Of a stretch of DNA of 19,279 nt, positions 9,272 to 19,279 are shown one piece after another. The DNA is from Octopus sinensis (lineage: Eukaryota). The DNA lies in NCBI RefSeq assembly GCF_006345805.1, contig NW_021824184.1, forward strand, positions 1 to 19,279. Reading direction: 5' to 3'. The notes below the pieces were generated by a model, which was not told where the DNA came from, did not search any database, and was given only the letters and a program-made list of their open reading frames with translations. Each line of letters opens with the position of its first letter. Within the stretch, counting starts at the first letter, position 1. The position numbers and the translations under genes are program-made.

Positions 9272-9355
9272 TATTGAGTTTTCTGGCTTACTAACATTTT
9301 CCCTTCAGATGTAGGTGGACGTGGCCAGGCCGAAGTAATTTCCAGTTGAAAACTC

Positions 9356-9566
9356 ACTTTAAAAGCACTCAAAAACCGTTATATTCACTTCAACATTTAA
9401 TTCAGCAATAAAATTCAACAATTAAATTTAAAAATAGAATGTTGGAGTGAATCTAACGGTTTTTGTGTGTTTTTAAATGACTTATAACCCCTCCACGCTG
9501 CAATTGTTTTTGTTTCAGCACACAATCTCAGATCAGGCCACTTGCTATGCAAGTACATGTTCGTAA
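9356..9566 (+). mobile_element. Internally deleted copy of the palindromic element at 15018-15340
   Basis: Shares attcacttcaacattt, gaatgttg-agtgaatctaacg, tccacgctgcaattgtttttg and ctatgcaagtacat. Confidence 0.8.
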
Positions 9567-10739
9567 CTCACTTTAGATCTTGATGAAAAGAAAAATCAGT
9601 AAAATATTTCCAAGTTGTTCTCATTAACCTCAACGGAAAGTTGACCTTCTGCTTAATGAATAAACCATTACTTCAGCCTGTCTTCTGCTTGATTTCAATG
9701 TCCTTTGGTTTCGCTGTTATTGGTTCTATGTAAGAAATGACCAACCTTAAAATCTAATTTTCTTCTCGTTCACCCTTATTTCTACACTTGAAATAATAAT
9801 TATAACGTTAAGCCCCACTTTCTTTGTCGTCAGTAACTGCTTTCCACACCACCAGCTAGCAAAGTCGATCTGCTAGAAATGGCAGTTAAATCGCTCGGAA
9901 GTCAAACCTTTATCCTCTTCAGCACGGAAGGACACTTTGTTGGTTGAAGTAACAGCGAAAACGGCAATAACAACCACCGTAACGTTACAGTTTCCATCGC
10001 AGAGTACAGTCATCTCCATTATAAAACCACAACCAATCTTCACTTTGCTGTTAAATTTTCATACTCTCACCAACTCACCGAATACTCCTGATGCTCTTTT
10101 ATAGTTCCACAACTTGCTCTTTCTCTATGTAAATTATTTTACTTATTCGAAATATAATTTTTCCTATTTATATCACAATTACTCAACGAGGAAAACCATG
10201 AACGCCATAACTTCTTATTTTCTTTATAAATAATTAGACTTTGCAATTCATTGAAATAAGTAAGTTCCTGAAAATTTTAACCGCCAATTTCTTCGGGAAA
10301 GGGCATCAAGATAACTGCATCCGAAGTATTTATCTGCCCAAAATATGGATTAACTTTTGCTAACGTCACCACTAGCTTCCTTAGCTTCCACATCTTACTA
10401 AAATATATATATATATATATATAAGCTTTGTGCCTGCTTAGTCAAAATAAATAAATAAATGAATGAATAAAATAAATGAATCGATATTTCATCTTTTTTC
10501 TCGTACCAAACCCAATTCCGATATATCCCTCCCCTCGTCTTTCACTCTAAAAAAAAAGTCTCCCTTACACGCTGCATCTATGCTCGACCACCGACACAAT
10601 AGCTGTGCCTTATTACCAACCACCAAATAAATCTATTTACGTACTACAATTTTCTTGACTCACTCCCCTCTCATTTTCCCAGCCATTCAATGATTAATGG
10701 GCCACGCGACGCCATTAAACATTTCTCTCGCTCATTTTT

Positions 10740-10771
10740 ACTCACTCTTTCTCCTCCTTTCTCTCTGTCTA

Positions 10772-10853
<82 letters not shown>

Positions 10854-10938
10854 CCTCTTTATTTCTTTCAGCCTCTTTCTTTTATTGATCTAATTTTTGC
10901 TCTGCTCGCACAGCCTTTCGGCAATTTTGCTTGACTTT

Positions 10939-10998
<60 letters not shown>

Positions 10999-11050
10999 TA
11001 TATATATATATATATAATATATATATATATTATATATATATATATAATCT
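10740..11050. repeat. (CT)n and (TA)n microsatellites
   Basis: Direct reading. Confidence 0.9.
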
Positions 11051-11449
11051 ACATAATTATTTCTTTTTTCTTTATTCTTACTGTTGTCTCGTTCGGCAAG
11101 ACTAAAAAAATTTCCTATTCATCGTCGTTCTATCAATTTTATAATTATATCATATTCATTATGGTAATTAATTATTGTTAAATTAATCAAGAAAGCCACA
11201 CTTCTAATGCTAGCTATGACAATGACTAGGCTTCGATTTTTACTAGTAGGATATTGTCATTACTGAACTAATACCCTGGAAAAAAAAGGACCACAAATTC
11301 TTCCATCAAACATTCCTTTAAATTAGTGGTTCTCGACAAGGGTGCATCTGACCCTTAAAAGGTCCATATCAGATTTTATTGTTAAAGTTTATGACTGATA
11401 AACTGGTTATAATTTTACAATACACAAAATATTTTTAAAGATTTTTCAT

Positions 11450-11547
11450 AGGCGCAGGAGTGGCTGTGTGGTTCCGGGTTCAGTCCCACTGCGTGGTAGC
11501 TTGGGCAAGTGTCTTCTACTATAGCCTCGGGCCGACCAAAGCCTTGT
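11450..11547 (+). mobile_element. SINE family A, 5' part only, with 27-nt deletion
   Basis: Matches 13238 onward, but lacks the segment between two TGGT microhomologies; stops at ccaaagccttgt. Confidence 0.85.
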
Positions 11548-11718
11548 TCGTCTTTATGTTCTGAGTTCAAATTCCGCCGAGATCGAGTTCATTTTTCATC
11601 CTTTCGGGGTCGATGAAATAAATACAAACAAATACGAGTCAAACAGTAGGGTCGATGTAACCTACTTACCGCTCCCCGCCCTCAGATTTCAGGCCTTGTG
11701 CCTATTATAGAAAGGGAT
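11548..11718 (+). mobile_element. SINE family B, 5'-truncated
   Basis: gagttcaaattccgccgag (B-box-like)...aggccttgtgcct...tagaaagg; homologous to 11853-12072(-). Confidence 0.8.
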
Positions 11719-11852
11719 ATAACAAATGAATTAAGTTAGAAAACTGAGTTTAGCTTCCCAGTTGTGTCGAAGAATTTAGCATTTGTTTTTGTTTCTACCG
11801 TTATCTTCAGTTGAAAATTGGTGAAGGTGACCCCAACAATAACAATAAAAAT

Positions 11853-12072
11853 AATAATCCTTTCTACTGAAGGGACAAGGCCTAAAATTAAGGGGGGGAG
11901 GGTAAGTCGATAAAATCGACCCCAGTACATGACTGGTACTTATTTTATCGACACCAAAAGGACGAAAAGCAAAGTCAACCTCGGCAGAATTTGAACTCCG
12001 AGCGTAAAGACGTACGAAATGCTGCCAAGCATTTCGTCCGGAGAGCTAACGACTCTGTAATCCCTCCGCCTT
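11853..12072 (-). mobile_element. SINE family B, near full length
   Basis: Minus strand: aaggcggag...cagagtcgttagc...ggagttcaaattctgccgagg...aggccttgtccct...agtagaaaggattatt. Confidence 0.8.
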
Positions 12073-12425
12073 CAGTTATGTAATATGAATAGCAATAAGC
12101 TAACGCATAAACGTCTGACGAAATCAAGTCTAACTCAGCACACACCCAGGATAATTATCAAAACGCAATAACATAATTCATCTACAACAAAGAACAACAA
12201 TTTCGAACCAAATATATATGATCTGGTTCAATCCCCCGTTCACTCCTAATCACTAACACTTCGTCCACAAAATCAATAAAACTCATAAATCACTTAACAG
12301 AATCAATTTAAAAGCCGTCTACTTTACAACCCTTGACATGGGGAAAAATCATTATGTTACATAACACTAACAATAAAAAACGACCAGTAAAAAAACAACA
12401 GATAGTACCACTTACTAAAAGATTG

Positions 12426-12728
12426 GTGGAGGCATATGGCGTAGTGGTTAGAACAGCGGACTCGCGGTCGGGGGGTCGCGGGTCCGAATCTCAGACCGGG
12501 TGATGTGTGCCATTATGAGCGAAACACTCAAGTTCCACGCAGCTCCGGCAGAAGGTGATGGCGAACTTTTGCTAACTTATTTGCCAGAACTTTCTCTATC
12601 TCTTTCTTCTTGCCTCAAGCAGCTCATCTGTGACGGACCAGCGTCCCGCCCAGGTGGGGGAACCTATATACCATTGAAACCGGAAAACCGGCACTTATAA
12701 GCCAAGCATGGCTCGAGAAGGGACAAAC
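12426..12728 (+). mobile_element. tRNA-derived SINE with family-D head and a different body
   Basis: tggcgtagtggttagaacagcggactcgcggtcg (A box); head shared with 700-1030(-), then diverges. Confidence 0.75.
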
Positions 12729-12887
12729 AATTGGGTTGTATCTTCTTCACCATCAGTTCTTAGGTGATGATATCACATATCAGGCGACGCCATTATTACA
12801 TTCGCAAAGATACTCCGCAAGCGCTGTAATGACAATGACAAGAAATTCATTTAAAGGTAGATTCCATCAACATATGAAACCTTTTAG

Positions 12888-13204
12888 AGGCGCTTCGTGG
12901 GTTATGACGACAAGGGCTCCATTTGGTGCGATCAGCGGAACAGCTTGTTTGTGAAACTGACATGAAAGTAGCTGAGAACACCACAGGCACGCATAGCCTT
13001 AACGTAGTTCTCAGGGAGATTCAGCGTGACACAGAATGTGACAAGGCTGGCCGTTTAAAATTACAGGTACAAATAATTTTTGATTGTTGTGTGGATTAGA
13101 TCAACGTGAAATAAAGTGCCTTGCTCAAGGACAGATTTCGCCACCGGGAATCTAACTCATGACTGTAAGCCAGATACTCTAACCACTAAGCCACGCGGCT
13201 TCAT
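12888..13204 (-). mobile_element. tRNA-derived SINE family C, near full length
   Basis: Minus-strand head gaagccgcgtggcttagtggttagag (A box); body matches 410-665(+). Confidence 0.8.
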
Positions 13205-13237
13205 GAAAGCCTGTCAAGCAACATTAAGAAATTCCAT

Positions 13238-13636
13238 ATGCGCATGCGTGGCCGTGTGGTAAAAAGCCTGCTTCCCAACCACATGGTTCCGGGTTCAGAC
13301 CCACTGCGTGGCACCTTGCGCAAATGTCTCCTACTATAGCCTCGGGCCGACCAAAGCTCTGTGAGTTGATTTGGTAGACGGAAACTGAAGGAAGCCCCGT
13401 CATATATATATATATATATATTTGTGTGTTTGTATTTGTCCCCCACCACCACCATCGCTTGATAACCGATGTTTGTGTGTTTACGTCCCCGTGACTTAGA
13501 GGTTCAACAAAAGACACCAATAGAATAACTACTAGGCTTACAAAGAATAAGTCATGGGTCGATTTGTTCGACTAAAGGCGGTACTCCAGCATGGCCGCAG
13601 TCAAATGACTGAAACAAGTGAACGAATAAAAGAATA
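13238..13636 (+). mobile_element. tRNA-derived SINE family A, full length with internal (TA)n
   Basis: gtggccgtgtggtaa...gggttcagaccc (A/B boxes), ending ccagcatggccgcagtcaaatgactgaaac...; two partial homologs in the window. Confidence 0.9.
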
Positions 13637-14516
13637 ACAGTCTCGAACGAAAATATGAGAGTCTTCGAGATTTTTCGGAACGAGAGTTGGGACGGGAGGT
13701 TCGGGGAAGTAATCATCAGTCTCGGCTCCTGTTTCAACTGCCCCCACGAAAGGCTTTTAATGTCCGGCTGGTGGTTGCTTTAATCCGGGAGATGGATGAA
13801 GTCCACCTAACTTCAAACCAACGGTTAGTGAAGTAAATCAAATGAAAGAAACCCGAGCTGACAGTTTCTTTTCCTTCTGCAATTTATGTCTCTCCCCCAC
13901 CGCCATACTCTTCTTCTATGGGTGCTGTTATTGTTTAATTCATTTCCAAAGAATTCCCTACATTCAACTCCAATCCTTTTCCATTCCTTCTTTTATGTTT
14001 CTTCAGTTGCCATTTAAAATTGAATTTTCTGGCCAGGCCACTTATTCAAATTTTGCATTTTTCTCTGATGAAAATGTCATAAAATGAATAAATGAATTAA
14101 TAAAACTTTATTAATTAAATTGCTGATATTCTAAACCATTATTTTCACAATTTCCAAACTACAGTGTTAATCTATTTTGTGTATTATTCAAGACAATTAC
14201 CATTTGGTTTCTGTGTAATTATTCTCTTTAAAAATGTAAAAAATTGTTTTAATGAAATATCAATATCTGTTGTGAGGGTAACCTGTATTTAAGAATTATC
14301 AATGTTCTCTTGATACTTTCATAATTGTCGATGTATTGTGCTGTTAGCAGTATAATGTTATGATCAAGTCTGCTAATATTTCTCCCGATAGCCAACGTTT
14401 AGGTTTTACAACAGAAACGTCTGGGGTTTTATCACAACTGTTTCTTTTTGTAATAACCAATAGCTAAAAACTTGATAAGATTTTAATGTATGTTATAGCA
14501 AACTTTCAAGATATTA

Positions 14517-14815
14517 CTAGTGGTTAGTGATTAGGGTGTTGCACTCAAGATCGCGAGATCCCGAGTTCCTTTCCCGGACAGGGCGATGTGTTGTGTTCTT
14601 GAGCAAAACAATTAATTTCACTCTTCTTCAGTCCACTCAACAGTAAACGGGCCACCCTGTGACGGACCACCCTTTCGATCGGCGTGAATTTTGGCCTACT
14701 CACCATGCCAGTGGGGTGGCATCTATCGAAAGTTAACACGATGCGAAACGCATTGGGACTAGCGATGTAAAAGCAATATCCAATAGTCTGGTCGACAACG
14801 TGCTCACATGGTTTA
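14517..14815 (+). mobile_element. Degenerate tRNA-derived SINE (family E)
   Basis: tagtggttag head; gttgtgttcttgagcaaaaca..tttcac block as in family C; ctgtgacggacca shared with the 12426 element. Confidence 0.65.
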
Positions 14816-14819
14816 CACA

Positions 14820-14902
14820 TATAGATACATGTAAATATATACATGTATGTGTGTATGCGTGTCTATGTGTGTGCGTGCGTGTACATACATACATACATAC
14901 AG

Positions 14903-14997
<95 letters not shown>

Positions 14998-15017
14998 CAT
15001 ACATACATACATACATA
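14820..15017. repeat. Compound (TG)/(TACA)/(TA) microsatellite
   Basis: Direct reading. Confidence 0.95.
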
Positions 15018-15340
15018 CAATTGCACGTGGAAGGTATTCATACCCATTTAAAAACACAGTGGATTCACTTCAACATTTAAATTTCATTTGTGTCAAAATA
15101 TTTTCGTCGCTTTGAAACCATGACTTCTTCACTGATAAAATTCCGTGCTGCATCTGAGCATTTTGACAGTGAAGAGGTCGCGGTCTCAAAGCGACGGAAA
15201 TATTTTGGCACAAATGAAATTTGAATGTTGCAGTGAATCTAACGTTTTTTGTGTGTTGTTAAATGTTTTATGAACACTTTCCACGCTGCAATTGTTTTTG
15301 CTTCAGTACACGATCACTTTCTATGCAAGTACATCTTTGT
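15018..15340 (+). mobile_element. Palindromic non-autonomous element: 277-bp fold-back (15018-15294) plus asymmetric 3' extension
   Basis: caattgcacgtggaa...ttccacgctgcaattg; arms pair throughout; the 3' extension is shared with the 9356 copy. Confidence 0.85.
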
Positions 15341-15398
15341 AATATATATATATATATATGTGTGTGTGTGTATATTATAACTTAACATTATGTGCTTT

Positions 15399-15527
15399 AT
15401 AATCTCTGAAGAAGCCTAGAGATATATACAAATACCTCATGTTCATCTACCTATTACTTCAATCCACTTGAGTAATAAAGGTAGAATGAGATAGTTTTAT
15501 CTATTGGCTGAAACAGCTGTAAGTTAT
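15399..15527 (+). ncRNA. Type I hammerhead motif with intact core and 97-nt extended stem II (ACAGCTGT family)
   Basis: ataatct-CTGAAGA(15406-12)-agcc...ggct-GAAAC(15510-14)-agct-GTA(15519-21)-agttat; the insert folds as a long hairpin. Confidence 0.7.
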
Positions 15528-16561
15528 TTTCCCAATTTATATACATGTTTTTTATAATAATTACTGGTATCCTTATATATTACTATATTTTATATCTTAT
15601 ATCTTATATGTAAAGAATAATATGTTATATGTATGTATATTATTGTAATTATCAGTTTAGTAAATAAATAAATAGTTAACATAATATAATGTCTAAAAGT
15701 TGATGAACCACCTATTGTTCTCCATTTTCTTATTGCTATATATATATATACTTACATACTATTATAATATGCTATGTAAGACATTATAATCATAATAGAA
15801 TAGATTTCATAATATGTAACATGATATATATATATCTATATATATATATATATATATATATGATTTGATTATATTAAACCTTATAATGCATCAGTTTGAG
15901 AGAGAAGGGAGCGTCATAATTTATATTCGACTAATGGACGTATTTCCAGTGACAGACATTAAACGGATGTAGGGAACCCCGTTGTGAACATCATTAGTAC
16001 TATAACCTAGTATGCTAGCATCAAGTGACTGATGTATTATTTCTTAAAGATAAATTAATATCGTGAAAATAGGAGAAAAACCAATCTAATTTTAAATAAA
16101 ATGACAAGCCGCCTATGGTGTAATAGGCATTACTGGCAAACGGCAAGCGGTAAAAAAGCAATTTGTGTTTTTCTGATGAGCTTATTTTTGTATTTTAAAT
16201 TAATCCCGGCCAATAATTTTTGTAAATGCCCAAATTTACAGTTCCTATTATGCAAAATATCTCTTGGTTATTAACTTGGCATGCTTAATCTGACAACCAA
16301 TATTCCGTAACTTTCAATATTTTGCTAGTACTCCTGCTTACAAGCGAGAAATAAGGTAAAAAAAAAACCCTAATTGATGCCTTCGTGTTTTCGGTAGAGG
16401 TGAGATTTTGGTCTTGATTTAAAAATGGTCTTCATTAAAATGAAATTTATCTGTTAATCTTTGCAGACAAGATAAACGTTAACTTGCAAATGGAAGAAAA
16501 TGTGTAAAAGAGCAGAGGAAGAATTAAACGGTTTTACTGGACCGGCTCTTTCCTCGGTTCC

Positions 16562-17218
16562 TAAAAAAATAGAGAAAATAGAGAAATTACAAACGAAAGA
16601 AGAACAAAATCAATTAATGGTAAAGAGGAAGTTACTATGATAGGGTGGTTCAGCGAACGACTGGGTGGAATAAGGGTAGAAAAGGAGGAATGGCGAGAAT
16701 TGAGTAATTCTTTACCTCTATCTCTATGTGTTGTGTCTGAGAAGGAGAGGAGGGTGAGAGATGAAATGAAAGACGAGAGAATTATGAGGGATGGAGAATT
16801 ATGGATAAATGAAGGGGAGGGGTGCGAGAGAGAAAATCTGACAGAAAAGGTTGGAGATAAAAAGATAAAAAGAGAAGAAGAGAGGATGGATGGATGGATG
16901 GAGAGTTTCAATAGATATGGTGGGAGAGAAACAATTACGTGAGATGGAAAGAGTAAAAGTGAATGACTGAGGGAGAGAGGGGGGATAGGAGGAGAAAGAA
17001 AGAATGAGTAAAGGAGTGTGTGAGGGAGGAAATGAGTGATCGCATCAGAGAGAGAGAGAGAGAAAGAGGGAGAGAGAGAGAGTCGTAGAGAGAAATACTG
17101 ATGCGTTTGGTACAAGAAAAACAAAACTGATGAAGAGAAGTGTGTAAAAATATGAAATTAATGGCGTATGAAAGGAGAGTGGTAGGAAGGAGATCTAGAG
17201 AACTGAGAGGGTTAGAGA

Positions 17219-17251
<33 letters not shown>

Positions 17252-17480
17252 GGGAGAGAGTGGAAGAAAGACAGTGAGAGGGAGAGAAAGAGAAAGAGTC
17301 ATTGACTGTTATGAGATGGTAACTGAGGAAAAATACAGTTTCGAGAAAGACAAGAAGCAGAGATTGAATGTATAAAATGAGATATGATATTGTGAGGAGA
17401 TGTGGAAAACAAAAACGAGAGGAAACTGTTGATTGAAGATTAGGGTTTGTTAAAGAAAGGAACGAAATTAATAATGAGAA
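16562..17480. repeat. About 900-bp purine-biased low-complexity tract including (GA)n
   Basis: Strong A/G strand bias; (GA)n at about 17050-17090 and 17215-17295. Confidence 0.85.
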
Positions 17481-18049
17481 CAATTGCAGTCGTTCTTCAA
17501 GTTAATTACATGTGTAGTAAGGATGCCTATTTAGGTTGACCTTTCGATTACATTTCTGAAGTGGAAATGAAATGGTTTACTTCAGGAATCCCCATGTCTG
17601 ATGTAAAGTTGCTAATGAAAATTGGATTTTGGTTGTAAGGAAATATAGTTTAAAATAAGTTATTTTGTGGAATTTGCAAGGATATAAAGTGAAATCTCAA
17701 CATAGTTTAATATAAAATCTAGAATAATGATTGTTATGAACTAGGTAAAAAGGTTACTATTATAGGGGCGAGAGAAATGGGTTTTATATATATGTGTGTG
17801 TGTGTGTGTGTGTAAGGTATAAGCTAGAGGTGTTTAAACCCTCTAAGGGATAGATGTATCCAAAGGCACTCCTGGTAATTACCTCCGTAAGTATGGTCCT
17901 TGGTATAAGGTATACGGCAGCAGATAATTTACAAAGGTAAACCGTTGTTTGATGTATATAAAGACGATAGGAAAACGGAGGAAAAACACACAATAGAAGC
18001 GTGCCTGTTGTGTTAAAAAGCCATTATTTAGCACAACAGACACGTCATT

Positions 18050-18191
18050 TTCATAGCATTTTTGTTTGTCTTAATAACTGACGAGATGCCGGAGCAGATT
18101 TCCGCCCAGACATCCGAAACTCAGAGTTTTATTATGGCAATCGAATGATTGTCACATATTATATTACAGATAAATTCCTCTATTTACATTA
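18050..18191 (+). mobile_element. HHR-bearing repeat, same family as 2836-3018
   Basis: 18130-18191 matches the reverse complement of about 2808-2870. Confidence 0.75.
18068..18138 (+). ncRNA. Type I hammerhead ribozyme motif, intact core (AAACTC-N-GAGTTT family)
   Basis: Stem I gtcttaataa/ttattatggc; CTGACGA 18078-84; stem II gatg/catc; GAAAC 18116-20; GUU triplet 18126-28. Confidence 0.75.
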
Positions 18192-18461
18192 CTGGAGAAT
18201 TTCGCCGCCTGGTCTAACACAACCACTTGGCACTTGAGAGAGAGGTCACTGATAGTTCATACAGAGTTTGAGTCTGTGGCTACCTCGTCCCCTCCAAGGC
18301 AGTGGTCACTGTTTTACTCTGATTAAAAAAAACAAGATTATGTTCCGTTGCTTCAACACATTCATTCGCTTTAGTACAAGACTCCATCCTGCTCGAAATA
18401 ACAGCCCAATACCCTCATATCTCAGCGGCTCTTTAAAAAATGACGGACTCATTAGGCAGCC

Positions 18462-18725
18462 TCTTTCATCTTTTATCTTTGACTTCTTTCAGCCATTAGA
18501 CTGCGGCCATACTGGGGCACCACCTTGAAGAATTTTTGTCGAACGAATCGACCTCGCTACTTATATTCTTAAAGCTCGGTACTCATTCTATCGGTCGCTT
18601 TGGCCGAACTCCTAAGTTAACGGGGTATAAACACCCCAACACCGGTTTTCACGGTGAGACACACACACACACACATATACGACAAGCTTCTTTCAGTTTC
18701 CATCTATCAGTTCTACTCACAAGGC
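18462..18725 (-). mobile_element. SINE family A, 3' part only
   Basis: Reverse complement aligns to about 13345-13636; begins at gccttgtgag. Confidence 0.85.
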
Positions 18726-18975
18726 GTGTATGTGCGTGTGTATGTGTGTATGTACCTGTGTGTGCGTGCGCGTGTATATGTGCCTGTGTGTGTTTGTGTG
18801 CGTATGCGTGCGCGCGTGTGTGTATTTGCATGCGTGTGCGTGTACGTGCGCGTGTGTGTGTGTTTGCGTGCGCGTGAGTGTGTGTCTGTGTATGTGTGTT
18901 CGTGTGCGTGTATGTGCGTGCGTGTATGTGTGCGCGTGTGTGGTGTGTGTGCGTATGTAAGTATAAGTGTGTGCA
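18726..18975. repeat. Degenerate (GT)n/(GC)n alternating purine-pyrimidine tract
   Basis: Direct reading. Confidence 0.9.
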
Positions 18976-19029
18976 AATGTTTCCGTGGATTTTACATAGA
19001 AATGTCTTAGAGTAAAGTTGTTGCGATTG

Positions 19030-19215
19030 TTTGGTTCTCAGTCAGTTCCGATCGAAAAGATAAAGGTAATCCATCCGTGACCAACCTAGCCTTTTCCTGT
19101 GTGCAAGAGAACGAGAAACATATCCACAGCATCTTTCTGAGACTGTGAGATATGATTTAGAGTAGGATAACTGCTATTTCCAGCAGATGGAGCGACCGCG
19201 TAGAGGACATGTGGT
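19030..19215 (+). mobile_element. Degenerate dispersed repeat carrying the ctgctatttc-agcag motif
   Basis: Motif recurs at 9864-9892(-) and 18382-18425(-); 5' boundary is approximate. Confidence 0.45.
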
Positions 19216-19279
19216 TAGCTGGGGGCTGCAAAGTGAGATAATTAGTGGTTGCTATGGTAACAGAGATTCTGAAATGTAA

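Noticed and set aside
11770-11812. Minus-strand CTGAAGA-taacggta-GAAAC; other lone CTGANGA hits near 3260, 9030, 9830, 13720, 14067, 14626, 16172 and 17127
   Set aside because: No stem III, NUH or stem I partner; such hits are expected by chance.
15880-16560. Unique AT-rich block with TAAT motifs and an acceptor-like tttgcag
   Set aside because: All frames close quickly and there is no donor; an enhancer role cannot be supported without conservation data.
1-19279. CRISPR array or prokaryotic operon
   Set aside because: No regularly spaced direct repeats or gene-dense structure; the sequence is eukaryotic repeat DNA.

Overview
Eukaryotic, AT-rich, repeat-dominated non-coding DNA (intergenic or intronic). 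The SINE families and dense (TA)n/(CA)n/(GA)n/(TACA)n/(AAT)n microsatellites look like a coleoid cephalopod, most likely Octopus; this is recognised from memory, not from a search. No protein-coding gene can be supported: the long ORFs in the track are microsatellite or SINE read-through. The window holds about 9 tRNA-derived SINE copies or fragments, a probable LINE 3' end sitting inside an (AAT)n array, and several fold-back or MITE-like palindromes. The main signal is a dense set of minimal type I hammerhead ribozyme (HHR) motifs: 8 full-length motifs and 2 partial ones, from four sequence families. Four have an intact CUGANGA/GAAA/NUH core (1182-1231, 4400-4447, 15399-15527, 18068-18138). 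Every full-length motif has a very short, self-complementary stem III, the dimer-type architecture known from Penelope-like retroelement terminal repeats. Two HHR-bearing segments are duplicated as outward-facing inverted repeats. One HHR carries a 97-nt hairpin in place of stem II, and one family shares a non-canonical CUGU core.
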